DNA of 63,067 nt, filler included, from Phoronis australis (lineage: Eukaryota > Animalia > Phoronida): the NCBI GenBank assembly GCA_002633005.1. It is 6 parts of 6 records of this genome, joined end to end, with 100 filler letters (N's around TTAATTAATTAA, not from the genome) between each part and the next. Parts side by side here need not be neighbours in the genome. Positions count along the whole stretch, not along the records: positions 1 to 1,877 come from NMRA01000335.1; positions 1,978 to 5,743 come from NMRA01002850.1; positions 5,844 to 23,396 come from NMRA01001485.1; 3 more parts are not named here. One strand, 5' to 3'. The notes beneath the pieces are model-generated. The model saw only the letters and a program-made list of their open reading frames with translations, was not told the DNA's origin and ran no database searches. A program made the translations under genes and the position numbers. Positions 1-14,109 of this stretch are shown here, in pieces (within the stretch, counting starts at the first letter, position 1; the number at the start of each line of letters is the position of its first letter).

Positions 1-1877
1 AACAAATGTACAAGTTTTTTTTTGGAAGAACAACTTCCATTCACGTCGACGCGAGAACATAACTTTTTCTCCCACAGCGGATTTTGGGGTCTCCGTACAC
101 TATGGAAGCTAACGCCTCTGCATTTCGCCTGCGTAGCCGAACAACCGGCCACACAGCAGCCGACCATGATTAGCAGACAACGTACTTGCCGGAAATTACA
201 CCAGATAATTTAGCCAGGTGTCGCCAGTGAATAATGACGTAAAGGCTTGTGCGCAAGCACACAGATTTCGTCCATTGAAAGTATACGGAGTTGGCGGTCC
301 ATGTACTATAGTCTATGATTGAAACAGAGGATATTTCTGCGTGAATCTCTTGCCAGTCATTCAGTGATGGACTGGGTGTCTTTACTGTTTCCTGCATTTG
401 ATTGCTGATATAGAAAATTGTCGTAAATTGTTTGCATGATTTATGAAACTACTGATTAGTTTATTCTATGCCCATTGATGCTTCTAATTACTTTTTTCAT
501 TTCGTTCTGCAGTTTTAATACATTCAGATCTAAAAGATAATTATATTTACTATTATTTACAAATTTTGTTATTGTTTTTTTTATCATATATTTATTTTTA
601 TATCTATTCTTGATTATTTATTATTGTTTATTTGCTATTACTTATTTAAATTATTTTTTGTGATCCCATACAGTCAACATCCTGGCTGTCGTTGATCAAT
701 AATCTGTATAATATGATCATGATATATACTTTAGTGCATAATAACTATTATGTTTATGGTTTGGTAACCCAATTGATTATTTGCCATAGGAAGTGGTGAA
801 GGAAGTATTCTTTTAAAGGCACATTGAGCCATACATCTGTGGACACTTCGGTGGTATGTGTATTACCTTGGAAACTTGTTACACTTCAGTGACGATGTTG
901 TTTGTTTAAATTTTTGTTTTGACATGGGTTTTAAAACATCAAGTCAAGAAATAAGGCGTCGTTATGTTATTTGCTATGAAGTTGGCCTGCCAACGCAGGC
1001 TGAATATGCCTTTAACTAACTGCTGATAGTTGGTTTAAAAATGTGAGTGATTTATGAGAGCTGGAAAGCATAGTAAAAAATATTCAAAATGGATTACATA
1101 TTCAATAGGCATCTTGGCTGTTTTATGGGGGCATACAAGGCAGGTTTACTGGACTTCGGGCAGGAATTCCATCTCTTGCAGGTTTGGAACCCGTACCCCT
1201 CTTGCCTCCAGTTTCATTCAACACAACCCACCCCTATGCGCTACCCATTTCAGTTACCTCAGGCACGGATGCTTGGGGTCCAGTGAATCAGTCCCAAGTA
1301 GCGACTCCTCTGTTGCCTAAAACTACTACGTCTTTGGGAGTTTTCTAAGTTGAATTCTCAATGATTGAAAATAAGTAGGGATCTTTTCATGCAATGCACG
1401 TAATTTAAGGACTAAGTCCCTAAATGTTTTGACTGAATTAAGAGCTCAGTTTTTAGTTATACTATTATACAACATCATAAGTCAAAAGAGGAGTTCATAA
1501 TAAAGATAGAATGATAGAAAAATATAAAAACTGTGAGCAAAGAACAAAAAAATGCCTAAAAGATTTACCAACTCAGTTGAGTACAGGCAGATCCAGGGTG
1601 GCAGGTTAAAGGGGTCTGGACCCCCCATTTTCTTTGATTGTAGTGATATTAATGCTAGAATTTTCAAATTGTTGACTTGGGCCACCTTTCTTAAAAAATC
1701 ATTATCCGACCCCCCCTTTAAAAATCCTGGATATGACCCTGTTGGGTCAATATTTGGGACAGTTTCATGTAAATGGGCACAGACACAACTGCTTGAATCT
1801 TGAACGTCTTTAAGATGTGAATTTTCGAAAGAAAGATCTACTGATTTCTCCATTTTATTTTAAAACAAAGTTTGTGT

Positions 1878-1977
1878 NNNNNNNNNNNNNNNNNNNNNNN
1901 NNNNNNNNNNNNNNNNNNNNNTTAATTAATTAANNNNNNNNNNNNNNNNNNNNNNNNNNNNNNNNNNNNNNNNNNNN
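1878..1977. other. Artificial contig-joining spacer (N44-TTAATTAATTAA-N44); identical spacers at 5744-5843, 23397-23496, 36822-36921, 41120-41219
   Basis: Five identical 100-bp blocks, each centred on a 12-mer that has stop codons in all six frames. Confidence 0.97.
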
Positions 1978-2936
1978 GTAACTATTTTTAACTTACAAGG
2001 AAGAGTAAGTCGGGCTACACTGTCTAGTAATTTTGGTTGAACATAGTATAAAGTCGAAAAGATTTTTATGAGAATTCTTATCAATCATCAATATGAATTC
2101 TTACGACTGCTATATGATATTAACGACTGATAAGAATGTACACAATTAACAGTCAGTATATTTTTTCTTGCAATTTACTGAGTAATGATCAATGATCAAA
2201 AGAGGTTTTCCATGAATGATACTACAATATCAGACTGACAATATTTATCTTCAGTCAGATATGAATTCATATCAGTTCAACCAATCATGAAAATGAGGGT
2301 GCACCCAAACAACATAGCTGCCACATTCATAAACATGAGTCCTTAAATCTCTTATGAAGAAGGCTCACAGACCCAATTATCTCCCCTCAAAGACACATTA
2401 GCCGTTAACTGACCACCAAACATGGTATTGGACTCGCAGAACATGGCATAGGCAACCAGAATCTTGTGCCCGAACTCAGAACCATGGCTAAAAGAGTGCC
2501 AAACATGGTACGTGGACATAGATTGAGTCAGTGTGCTATGTTTGTGAGACAGTGAACTGAATTTATCATGCCTGTGAGTTGTGTTTATTAAGTGACATAA
2601 CTAATAGAAGTGCAGCTGCAGTAACTGATCTTGCTGTAATTATCAGCTACTGGATCCCATCAGCATGACTAAGGCACTGCCAAACACACGATAAAACCTG
2701 CCAGCCTTGTGTTGTTATTCAGAAACTGAATCCATGATAGTCATACAAGTATACAGTGATGTACGGAAAGACCTAAGGATGACCACAGTTTCAAGTCAAG
2801 ACATGGCAAATTGTGTTCATAAACACTAATTAAGCTTACAAATGACGATAGGAACTGTAGCATTGCGCTCGCAAATATTCATTAATGTAAAACAACACAT
2901 CAAAGACATGTTAATTATCTTTAAGAAAATTTCTAC

Positions 2937-3026
2937 CTTCATTACAATTGCATGTGCTACATTTGTCAGCAGGGTGGCGCCACTTGTCATCATGATCATG
3001 GGCAACTCCTTGGTCATCAATGCAAC
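2937..3026 (-). CDS. Next exon of the same gene, first half of another VWC domain
   Basis: tacag| acceptor is phase-compatible with the 4566-4751 exon. Translates GCIDDQGVAHDHDDKWRHPADKCSTCNCNE (W...CxxCxC). Confidence 0.82.
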
Positions 3027-4565
3027 CTGTACAAACAACATACAGTAGAAATGAACAAGCTTCACACAAACCAGAATTCTGACATATGCATTAACACAAG
3101 ATTCATAAACATGTGATCACAAAGGAATAACTTTTTAAATAAAAATATACGCATTAATCTTGATCATTAAATTGGGAAGAAAATTAATGGTCTTCCCACT
3201 TCTTTAGACTCTTTGAACTTCCAAGTCATTGCACGACAAACTTTCATTGACAAACTGCATGGTTTGTTTGCCATTCCCATACATGCCGAGCATTTCACAG
3301 CTCCTACTTTCACAACAAGATGTAACCATACAGTAGGCATGGTTACAGGGTCTGATTCATGGCAACTGAACTTGAGCTCCAGGCATCATAATGAAGCATG
3401 AGTACATTTTGGGACACCCTGTATTTACATTTTTGTGCTATCGCCAGTGCAGCTGAATGTGGTGGGCTCAGAATCAAAAGGATGCAAATTCAAACCTGGT
3501 TGTTGTAAACACGTAGCTGAGTTCTTAAGGGACAGTTTGCCTAGTATTAAATTCTTCTAATTCGTTCAGTAGGGCAACTCAATTACTTAGGAGCCATAGC
3601 AGAAAAGTGACTGGCATGAGTTGATATCCTCTCAACTCTCCGTGCTACAGAAACCTAGATGGCATCTGGTCCAGTGGGCTTTGTAACCCATGACAGATTT
3701 ACTTGTAAGTTATTTGTACGAATTTACAAATTCTTGTACCCATATCAAAATTACTTTAACATTTTTATGTAATACTATAATTCATTTAATTACTTGATTT
3801 TATTTGATTCGGAATAGGTAAATTTGCAATTATATGATTTTAAATCAGAGCATGCTAATAGAATTGTAAGCTTTCAAAATGATTTAAAGTGGCATTAAAC
3901 CCAAGCTATCTATCAAAAAAACAAATTTTGATTTACGTCACTTACCATGATTATGGACCTGGTCTCAAATTGTTCCTAGTCAAAATAGTTGAGCTTAAAA
4001 AGAACTAACAGTTTGCTATTTCTTCAGCTCAAGCTCATAAAGTTTAAGGTCTACTCATAAAGAAATAACAGATTATCAGTTCCTAATGAACCTAGTAAGC
4101 ACTTTTAAACTGAGGAACAAGTTATACTGAACAAGACCTATTTTATACCCTAGTGGCCAAAACCCAAACTTTGTTTTTTGACTTCTGACAGAAAACATGG
4201 AATAATGCCACTTGATTATGGTTCCTGGCTTTAAACAATTATGATACAATTCATTAATACACATTCACCTAAGGGTTTTTATAAGCCATTTGAATATCAC
4301 GACTTTTGGTCAGGGTCAATATTTCAGTATGAACTGTCACTCAGCTGGACATAATAAAATCACTGTGGCTGTCAATGAGAACCAGAAATTTCTAGTCACC
4401 TTCTGCTGTTTTTGCACACACACCTTGAACACTGTAAACTCAAATAACAAATTGTATGGGAACATAAATCTGATTCTAGACTTTCAGCAAAATTGGCCAC
4501 ACACCACGACTCATATCACATACATGTTTTAGATTCAATAACAAATTCCAATGCAGCTTTTGTAC

Positions 4566-4751
4566 CTTTGCAAATGGGACAGCACTGGTCCTCCTTAATC
4601 TCTGTGAGTGTGCAGCGGAGACGAGGACACCTGGTGTTAGTTGCCCGACATCGAATGTTACCACGGTTACAGAAGCATTCATCACAGGTATTGCCATGAC
4701 GACGGAAGAAACGTGACCCATCCTTGACAATTTTGCCATCCTCTAAACAAT
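4566..4751 (-). CDS. Internal exon encoding a VWC (chordin-like CR) domain; BMPER/crossveinless-2/kielin/CRIM-like protein
   Basis: ttcag|...|gtac boundaries, phase 1-1. Translates CLEDGKIVKDGSRFFRRHGNTCDECFCNRGNIRCRATNTRCPRLRCTLTEIKEDQCCPICK, with the CxxCxC and CCPxC motifs. Confidence 0.88.
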
Positions 4752-7700
4752 CTGAAATGGCAGCGAAAAATATTAGACAGAAAAACTAATAAGAAGTACA
4801 TTATAATTGCACAATCACCTTTAGCAAACTGTCGGGCAAACTCTAGTAACTCTGGTCCCAGGCATTGGCATGTTTTGCAGTCATATAAAAACATCGTCAT
4901 CCAGAAAATGCACAATCATCTATTTCTCATTTCTCGAATTGAGAAGTTAGAAGAATGCATTATATGACTGACCTAGTTTCTGAAAGGTAGGACTGCTAAC
5001 ACAATTCTAAACCTTGTTTGACAACTGAATAACGATTCAACACAACGCATCACTTTTTGAAATTGCAACTCACTATGCAGCAAAAAAATTTATTGGCATT
5101 AAAATAATGAATGGTGAACTGATTTTGATATGAAATACTGTCTAGCATGAGAGCAGTGGGAGGAGTGCCCTACTGACGTGCAGGATTGTGGGTAAATATC
5201 ACATACTTGGAGATGGCACTGTGGTATTTCAGGAAGAGGCTACTCATCTGTCATAACAACAAAAGGAATTCAATAAATCATTTTGGCATAATTTGTTATG
5301 ACTAAAACTCAATTAACCACATAATGTTCTTAAATATAACAAATGCAACAATTGTGTTCTCCATCATATTTGCACACTAATCATCATCTCCTTTTATTGT
5401 TAATCTGACATTTAAAGAAAAATTCCGGCCAAATCCTCCTCCATTAGGAGCTGGTCTTATCATTTTACCCAGGGTCTGAGCTCCACCTTCCCTGCTCATT
5501 GGTCACTTTTTCTAAGTCCCCCATATTAATAATGTAAGGTGTCAACTGACCATGTTCACCGTGCCACTGCAATGACAAATGAGACATTTTGCTTACATGA
5601 CATTTTTCACTTTTCTGATGCCAGCCAGTCCTGGCTTATTTAGGAACCTATGGAATCTTGTTCTACTTTTTTTGCAATGATTCATGCCTGGAACAAGGTA
5701 CCACTTGTGCTAACAAAGAAACGGGTGAAACACATGACGTCAGNNNNNNNNNNNNNNNNNNNNNNNNNNNNNNNNNNNNNNNNNNNNTTAATTAATTAAN
5801 NNNNNNNNNNNNNNNNNNNNNNNNNNNNNNNNNNNNNNNNNNNTTAGTTAACCGTAAGCTCCAGAATGTTGCGGACGGTGTTTTTGGTTGCTGGGATGCT
5901 GCACATTTGTAGTTCTGTGGAACTTTACGAAGACGTAAGTACCATGAGGTTCTAAGTGCCTGTTCTGACAAACCTTTCTCTTTATCCACGAATGGAAAGG
6001 AGTTGCAAGACATTCACACACTTGTAGCAATTTCTAGATACACAGGGATACATTGTTCAGAACAATTGGTGATCGAGTGAGTTATCAAGTCTTTGCTATT
6101 CATGACTTCGTGCATGTTAGTAAATGTAGTCTGCAATAGATGGCACTGTGGGGGTTGCTGGATACCTAATCGTGTATACATTTATCGACGAATATTGTCT
6201 CATATTCAACTCATCAAAGTGATGTGCATGTAACAGCACAGGGATGATGTAGAGCCATTAACAGCGTTAACCAAAAGTGTAGTTATTTTAATTTCGTTAT
6301 GTTAAGCATTACACGCGCAAGTAAACAACATATTTCTGCTGATGCAGAGAACGTTATATTTTCCTACTGTGGGAACTCGCAATAGGCAGCAGGGACCATA
6401 CTTTCTCTAAGGCTACTGCTTACGTTGAGTTCTCTATAACATTCATTGCCTCGAATAAGTTCTGTGAGGAAACATTTCCCCTCACGAGAAAAGCGTTCAA
6501 ACCTTTTTCCTGTCATTTTTATGGCAACAATCTCACCAGCACATGTTTGCGCTTATTGTACTAATGTGTGCCATTGTATGCCCACATGATCAGGGTTCCA
6601 TTGAAACAATTCAATAGTTTCTTTAAGTTCATCCAGATCAACACAGTAGGCTACTTTAAAACTGGTTTTACTGAACCGGCTCACTCGTCTAATAAACCAG
6701 GATTTTAGCCTTTTACCGAAACTGCGTTGGTGAAATTAGAGTTAGGTGTAAAATTAGACCAGTTTGAAGAAGGCAATAGTAAAATGTCCTTATTTTATCA
6801 ACGTGGAAACATCGTATGTCAGAAAAGCGGATTCACACACAAAATATGAAACTTACTGAGATGTCTTCTGCACTGTTCCCCAGAGTGCGGTTACAAAAAT
6901 TTGACTTTGCAACTTTTAATAAAAGAATACTGCATAAAATTAAAACGAAATTATGATTCAGAAAATCGTTCGTAACATCCGTATCAAACAACATTTGGTC
7001 ATCGTACTGATACCGTTGTGTTTCTATGAATGTAACTTTCTTTTCTGCAAAATTCTACTAAAAATAATACGGTAAAGTGGCCCGGATAATGTCAGATTGG
7101 AACAAAGTAAAAGTCAAATTTTACAGGCTATCTAAGTAACAATTATTCTCACAACCCCAGACTAAGATCACATTGGGCTTCTGAAAAGCAGCAGCATTCC
7201 GTGGAAACTATCCCACCAACTCAACCTTGTGATGTTTCTACGGTTGGGAATTGGGCAGCTGCTTCGCTGCATTCTAGTGTGGGATCACGCGACCAACATT
7301 TGCAGGAACTCGTAAACTTCCCACCAAACGAGTTCCCTTTGTTTACGAGCCTGACCGTGCGGAGCTCAAACCGCGCAGCAAACTCTTCACTCGCGCACGC
7401 TATTTCCCTCCTGTGGACGCTTATTCACCCCTCCTGAACCACTTTTCGCGTCCAATAGACATGCATAGTTTTTGTTTGCGTCCGAACCAACCCTGCTCAT
7501 ATACATGTACATGATTTCTTTCCAGTAAAAGTTATCTTACCTTCGTGGTTCTTATCCTTCTCCCGAGTCTCATAGTATAACCTGATGTAAATTCTTCAAC
7601 CACTAATCTACTGTGTGGAGCATGCATTTTGGAAACACACTCGAATATTCGTTTTGAACAGAATCATTAAACAACATCTTCCTTAAGAAATGAAAACAAA

Positions 7701-8163
7701 TCAAATATTCATACATAGGCCATTTTCTAATGCATTTGAACGCGCCGTCGTATGCCGTAATGCGGTGAACATGGAGTATTGATAATTAAAGTAAAAACAC
7801 TGCTAATTTTGCAGTGATATTTGATAAACTGTATAACACAGTGTGAAAAAGACAAATCGTATTTGATTTAACGATATCCATTGATACAACACAGAAACCG
7901 TGTGAAGTTACCACGAAATAAGCTCAGCATTTGGATCGACGTTTTTGTCCATGATAGGAAGCGAAGTAGTATCGCAAGCAGGGAAAAATCTGCAGGAAAA
8001 GAGTTAATTGACACGTGTAACTGTATGACCAAATAAATGTCATTGTGAGAGGTGAAAACTGGTCCGTTATGTGCGCGAAGAGGCCTGAGTATTGCGAAGG
8101 CAGGGAACTCTACGTGGCTTGAACCTAGTATGAACTGATTTGAATAACTGTTTCATTTTCAAG

Positions 8164-8440
8164 ATAAATGACGGCGGAGGTCTCATACTCGATGATCGTG
8201 CTTTCAAGGATTTCCTCCGCAGTTGCTACCGGGTGTACAAGCGGGGGCTGTATGCTTCTCCGCCTATGTTTGACTTGGAGATGAGTAACGGCAACCCAAC
8301 ATACGATGAAGATGGTGGTCCAGAAGGAGGAGAAAACTCAACGTTCTGGAACCATGAACAACATGACCGGAAGAAGCGAGGAATAATGACTAATAAACAT
8401 CTGTGGACGGGGGCGAGGGTTCCTTTTAGATTCAAGCCAT
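8164..8440 (+). CDS. Astacin-family (M12A) metalloprotease exon: end of prodomain, furin site and start of catalytic domain
   Basis: ttttcaag|...|gtgagt. Ends RKKR-GIMTNKHLWTGARVPFRFKP (RxKR cleavage site followed by the astacin W-x4-VP[YF] motif). Confidence 0.82.
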
Positions 8441-9722
8441 GTGAGTGATTTGGTTTCCTTGAATTGCTTGTGCTTTTTCGTTTCCTTTTGTTATTGCAAA
8501 AATCTGCGATGCCGAATACCTTCGACTTTCCCGGCTGTTGGTGAAATTGACTTTCAGGCAACTTCTTACAAACAATTTTACTCTGCCCGCTTCGTGACCT
8601 TAGATTTCTGGCATGATGTCCAAAAACAAATTAGGAGTGGGGTACTAGTTACCCCAAAATACTGCATAGGTAATCCACTGACTATATCATTCGCAAAGTT
8701 TTAAGGGATTTCAATAGTTACTTGTGGAAACATTGTAAAATTTTCAAAAACAAGCTTAGGTTTGTGATAAGCAATCAATCGAAACTAAGAAGAAATGTAA
8801 ATCCGTTAATGGTAGACCCGAGGAATGCAAACGCCACCCCATCGTCTACCAAACTCAGCAACTCTGAGATGTTCAAGTCATCTTGCATGGCAGTTTTTAT
8901 TATTTATGTGGCAGTCCGCTGATCCAGAAGTCACGTTACAGATAGTATGCGCCAAATGAGAGGTCAAAACCTTTCAAAACCATGTTTTATTCAAAACATA
9001 TTAGGATTTACAGGAAGTGGGTGAAGTACGGCACCACACAGCTGAGTAATTTTAGATATTCCATGGTGGTCACCTGAATACGGGCAGTCGCCGTGACTCT
9101 TCGCCGGGAAAATAATCACTTGCTAAATTGGCTTTGATTTTGACTCATCAGGGAAAATATATGTAAAAAAACCTTACAATATATACATGTACGTCTGTTG
9201 TCTAAGTATAAAAATTCCGCCGGCACCGCAAACCGGGGAGGAAGTGTAGTGAATTTTTGTCAGTGAGCCGAATGTCGGCAATGGGAAAATATTGCAGTGT
9301 TAGGAGCATGTCGCTGTCTCTTCGTCACAGGAATTTCCCTCAATCAGGGACAGGGTAACTAATTCATGTGTTCACCTTGCCCCGCGGTGCACAGATGCCC
9401 GCGCACGGCACATGAGGCCAAGCGGTCCGCCTCCGCAGGATAGCAGCTTATTCGAAAAATTCTGGATGAGTGGGAATTATTCCTTTTACTTTAAATTCAT
9501 TAATACTTACCTTATTAGGTTCCGATCTGACATAAAATGACTGTCGAGGGCAATGCAGATCTGACGATTGATTTGAACTAATTTTGGGGTGCTGAATCCA
9601 AAACATTGTATGCCGGGCTGGATTTTGTTTGTATAACCCTCAAATTTAAGATGGATGCCATCGGGCATATTGCAGTTGGCAAGTTCTATCACGTTTTTCC
9701 CCGTGTGTGGGTGGGCGCAGGT

Positions 9723-10440
9723 TGTTACAGACCGGTGCTAATAGCTTTCGGTGCGACGATTGACTGAAGACTGGTTCGACTTAATCCTTTATTAATCCCG
9801 ACCGTATGTTCACAAGCCTACTCAAACAAAACGTCCGACGTAATGTCTGTTTATGCTCCAGCCAGTGCTGCGAAGCCTTGACTTGTGATGAACTTCTGAG
9901 ACACGTTCAGCAACTGTTACACTCGTCGATTCAATAACCGGCTGTCTCTATAACTGGCTCTCTATTCACTATCGCTCTAACTGCTGATTCTCTTCACTGC
10001 AACTCAACTGTAGTTCTCCTGATTAACTTTCTTGAACTTCTGATAAACTGTCTTGATCTTCTCTTGAACTGACTTGACCTGACTAATACAAACCCGTGCT
10101 TGTGTATTTATAGCCTAATGCATTGCTCTGGAACTTTACATCAATTCAAGCACATTCTAACACTTTCCTGAATCTACCCAATCATTCTACAAACATATAC
10201 TAGTCTCTAGAATATTCCAGACTGCGTTAACCACTGTCATGCTAGAGTCTTCCAGAAAGTTCCACACTATACTGCAGTAAACAAATTACATCATCACTAC
10301 TGAACTTAGTCTACTAGAAAGTTCCATACTATTCTGTAGTAAACAAATTACATCATCATTGTACTTAACTCAGGGGTCATGTCAATCAAACTGAATAACA
10401 AAACAAAACAAAACAATACAACTAATAATACTGTCAGACT
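9723..10440 (-). mobile_element. LTR-like sequence (copy A), inserted into an older repeat
   Basis: On the minus strand it has TATAAATA, then AATAAA, and ends ...TGTAACA. Homologous to 10565-11200 in inverted orientation. Confidence 0.55.
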
Positions 10441-10564
10441 ATATTCTGACAAGTTCCAATAAATACCTTTTAAAATGAATATGATACATAAAACTGTAGG
10501 TTTTCAGATATGATAAACTCGATTCTGATACTATTTTTGTGATTGAAGGTCAAGGTCAGAAGAT

Positions 10565-11200
10565 AGACTGACAGTTTTAGTTGTATTGTTTTGATTTGTT
10601 ATTGTGTTTGATTGGCATGACCCTTGAGTTAAGGGCAGTGATGGTGTAATTTGTATGGAACTTTCTAGTAGACTGAGGTTAGTATTGATGATGCAATTTG
10701 TTCACTACAGTGTAGTGTGGAACTTTCCAGAAGACTCTAGCATGAAAGTGATTATTGCAGGATGATTGGGTAGATTCCAGAAAGTTCTGGTATGTGTTTG
10801 AATTGATGAAAAGTTTTAGAACATTGTATTAGGCTATAAATACACAGAAACGGGTTTGTATTAATCATTTCAAGAAAGTTAATCAAGAGAACTAAACTGG
10901 GGTAGAGAAGAAAATCAGCAGTTACAGCGATAGTGAATAGAGAGCCAGGTGTAGAGACAGCAGGTTAATTGAATCAGCGAATGTAACAAATGCTGGATGT
11001 GTCTTGAGGGTCTTCTCCCGACAACACGTTGAGCTTTACGGCTCGGAGAATGGCTACGATCTCAAAGCGAGCTTGCGTTAATTTTGACTTCGGACTGAAT
11101 GTTTGCAACAGACTCACTTATTCTTCGAGCAGTCCTTCGTGGCCATGTTTGTACCAGGCAATAAAACCTCAGTCGTCATCTCCCGTGGCACAAGCAGTGT
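10565..11200 (+). mobile_element. LTR-like sequence (copy B); 3' end approximate
   Basis: About 430 bp (10565-11005) align to the reverse complement of 9897-10440. TATAAATA near 10835, AATAAA near 11160. Confidence 0.5.
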
Positions 11201-11357
11201 AAAATAGCCAATTGCCGCAACTGAATAAAGGACTGTTCGTAAAAAGTTTGATTATGGGAAAATTTGTTCGAAGGAGAAGGAATTAAAGACATCAAAAACC
11301 TATTAAAGTGTCCCTCTGTGTGCAAAACGTACTCATAGCAACGAGACATTGATGAAT

Positions 11358-11580
11358 GTTTTCAATCAGTGAGAGGCATAATTCGCCAAAATGCTTCCTG
11401 CGCATGAAGGCTTTCTGGGAGCACCATCGTCTTTATTGCTAAGTAGAGACGGTGGCATTGTGTGTAGGCCGGGTCTACACTACACAGTGACGACTATATC
11501 TAGCTGGCTCTAATAGAAACAGTGAAGCTGACCTATTGGCTTATACGCCAAAGCGAATTATGCCTCACACTGATTAAAAC
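11358..11580. mobile_element. MITE with ~28-bp terminal inverted repeats; a related left end lies near 53620-53700
   Basis: gttttcaatcagtgagaggcataattcgc ... gcgaattatgcctcacactgattaaaac. Confidence 0.75.
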
Positions 11581-11959
11581 ATGAAAGTCATGATCTTATA
11601 ACTAGGCTTGCGTTAGGCTGTTAGAGGTAATATCCAAGATGGCTAAAGCAACTGAAAACTTTTAGCAATTTTCAAAAATTATTAACCAAATGTTTTCTCT
11701 TTTCCCAACCTAGGCAATTGATAGAAAATACTGTTACACGGACTGAACTATTTTTTTATTTTTCATGTTATGCACAGATCATTTACATAATTTATTATAA
11801 GACATTCACCTTAAGAACAAACAGACGATCAACATTACAAGGCCATATGGCGAAAACTTTTGCAAGTTGTAGAAAACGGACCAGATAAATTCTAACACAA
11901 AATTAGTGTTATTCAAACTACACTCTTCTTTGAGTAGACTAAATTATTTACGTTCTATA

Positions 11960-12230
11960 GTAATTCTGCTGCTAAAATTTTGGTACGATTGCATCGGATT
12001 TCAGCACCCTGAAATGTTTCGTCACATATTGACCAATTTCTATTTTCGCCGATTCTTCAAACAACTGTTGTTCTTTACAAGGTTGTGTGCACGTCACAGC
12101 AAATTATGGCAATTGGTTTCATTTCATTACAAGTTTTTAGAATTTTGATATAAGCAAACTGAATTTCAGAACAAATTTTGCTGCTGAGAAGCTATCATTA
12201 TCTCCCAAGAGACATCGCAAAATGACGCTT
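11960..12230 (+). repeat. Dispersed repeat family; further copies at ~20385-20715 and ~25712-26060
   Basis: Shared blocks ctgctgctaaaatt and tacaagtttttagaattttgatat..gcaaac.gaatt..agaacaa. Confidence 0.8.
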
Positions 12231-12491
12231 ATTAGACTGTTTTTCTTTTGAATGGCTGCTACTGGCAAAGTGTGTTTCGATTGACTCTCAAATTCTGCAT
12301 GCACCCCCGCCGGGGCCATCTTAAGATTTATCGATAACGTAAGCAAAATTCATTTTGCCACACACTTTAATGTTTGAAACACTCTAAAAATAGTCTGAAT
12401 TTAGGATTAAAGATGCTCCAAAATATTTGAGCTCACTGTATTTCCAATGGAACATGTGAGGCATAATGTGAACTGGACCTTGACCTTTTCG

Positions 12492-12778
12492 CGTAACCTT
12501 GACCTCCAATCACAAAAATAGTATCAGAATGGATTATATTACACATGAAAACTTATAGTTTGATGTATCATGCTCATATCAAAAGGCATTTATTGGGACT
12601 TGCCAATTTCGACATGGCCGATGACGGCAATATTGAATTTGAGGGTTATTCCTGCAAAATCCAGCCCGGCATACAAGTTCTCTGGATTTAACACTCCAAG
12701 ATTAGTTAGAATCAATCGTCACATTTGCATTATCCCCACCATTTTCTGATGCCTTTTTAAAAATTGGAACCTGACTAA
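12492..12778 (+). repeat. Interspersed repeat; an inverted, LTR-interrupted copy lies at 9513-9686 + 10448-10558
   Basis: Shared blocks such as tgtatgccgggctggattttg and attctgatactatttttgtgattg in reverse complement. Confidence 0.75.
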
Positions 12779-14109
12779 TTTGGCACCATGACAAGTGTTC
12801 TTCCTGAAGTTGTTTTGCCACGCCAATGGTATTTTGCTGGCGAAGTCGTGTCGCGGGAGACCACCGCAAGTTTAATCGTGCAGATATTCTAAGTGTATAG
12901 CAGTTTTATTGAATGATTTTGATATTGCATGTTCATTGTTGTGCCTATACTGTTTATTTCATGGGCGGCGCAGCACTGAAAAAAGTGGGGGGTAAAGCCA
13001 CCTCTGCCCCCCTGTGGCGCACCGCCTATAGACCATGTGCGGCGAAGCACTGAAAAAAGAGGGGGGGGTGGGTATAGCCCTCCAGCCTCTATTGTGCCGC
13101 CGCCCATGTGTTTACCAGAGTAAAACACGCTTAGCCTTGTCCGTCATCGGTCGTCATTGTTATTGACCTATCACCAGGATTTTGAGTGACGGCTTAACTG
13201 ACCATTTAGCACGCAGCATTATTGACACACCTTGGTTTTCAAGCCGCCATTTTACCCACGTTGCTGGGTAAAACTTATCGTTTGTTAGTCGACATTACGC
13301 AAGGGGGCGGAGCTTGCGATAAGTCAATTCAATTGTTGGCACAGAACTGTGACTAGTCCGTAATTTTTTGCAAAAGTCGGAAACTATGTTTGTATGTATA
13401 CGGCATTTATGACCTGAACCATTTATTCCGGTAGAGCAGCCGGGGACGGTATGCTTTCTTCTTTTGTCAGTGCGAGAGGTCTCGATCGGTCCGCACCGGG
13501 TCATTGACTGCAGGTTCGAGTCTGGCAAAGTAATTTCTGTCAAAATTTATTTTGGCACATTTTGTCAACATTTTCAGTACAAATTGTCCCTATTTTGGTT
13601 TCATTAAAGTTAAGGTCCTCTGTCGTTTATTTTATTCCCTTTTGCAATCCCACAGCCGGCGTACTTAAGCCTGTGTTCCTGACTGAATTGTACATGTACT
13701 TCCGGTTTCGCGACTAGTTCAAAATGGCGGTGTGATCTTCTGGTCGGAGTCGTGAGTGACGCGTATATTGAAACTTCCTTCGACTACGGATTATGTATTG
13801 GTTATGAGATAGGTACTGCGTGGTTCCTTATAATTTCTTCTAACCGTTTAATAAGGGTTAAAAACGTCTGCTTCTGGGACTTAAAGTGTATTTTTCTGAC
13901 ATGCTGACATTTTCTTTCAACATGTATTCTTTTTGTTGACTGCTATTCTACTCCGCCAACAGTTAAACATCTGTGATTCAGCATGATACAATTTTTATTT
14001 ATATATTGTTCTGATGTGGTATCCAAAATCTGACTCGCAAAAAGATAACCATTATTGTCAGTTTTTGACAAAAATCTTTCCAGTCATTGTTACTCTGGAC
14101 ATACCAGAA

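Noticed and set aside
1922-1933. Recurrent TTAATTAATTAA as a biological motif, and apparent clustering of genes across the window
   Set aside because: Always centred in exactly 44+44 Ns, so it is an assembly linker. Neighbouring segments are not known to be linked.
7541-7581. 41-bp minus-strand candidate exon (catcag|...|gtaaga); a similar 63-bp candidate lies near 40878-40940
   Set aside because: Good splice signals but no recognisable protein similarity or partner exons.
13425-13530. tRNA-like sequence (gtgcgagaggtc...ggttcgagtc)
   Set aside because: No complete cloverleaf. At best a degraded tRNA-derived SINE head.
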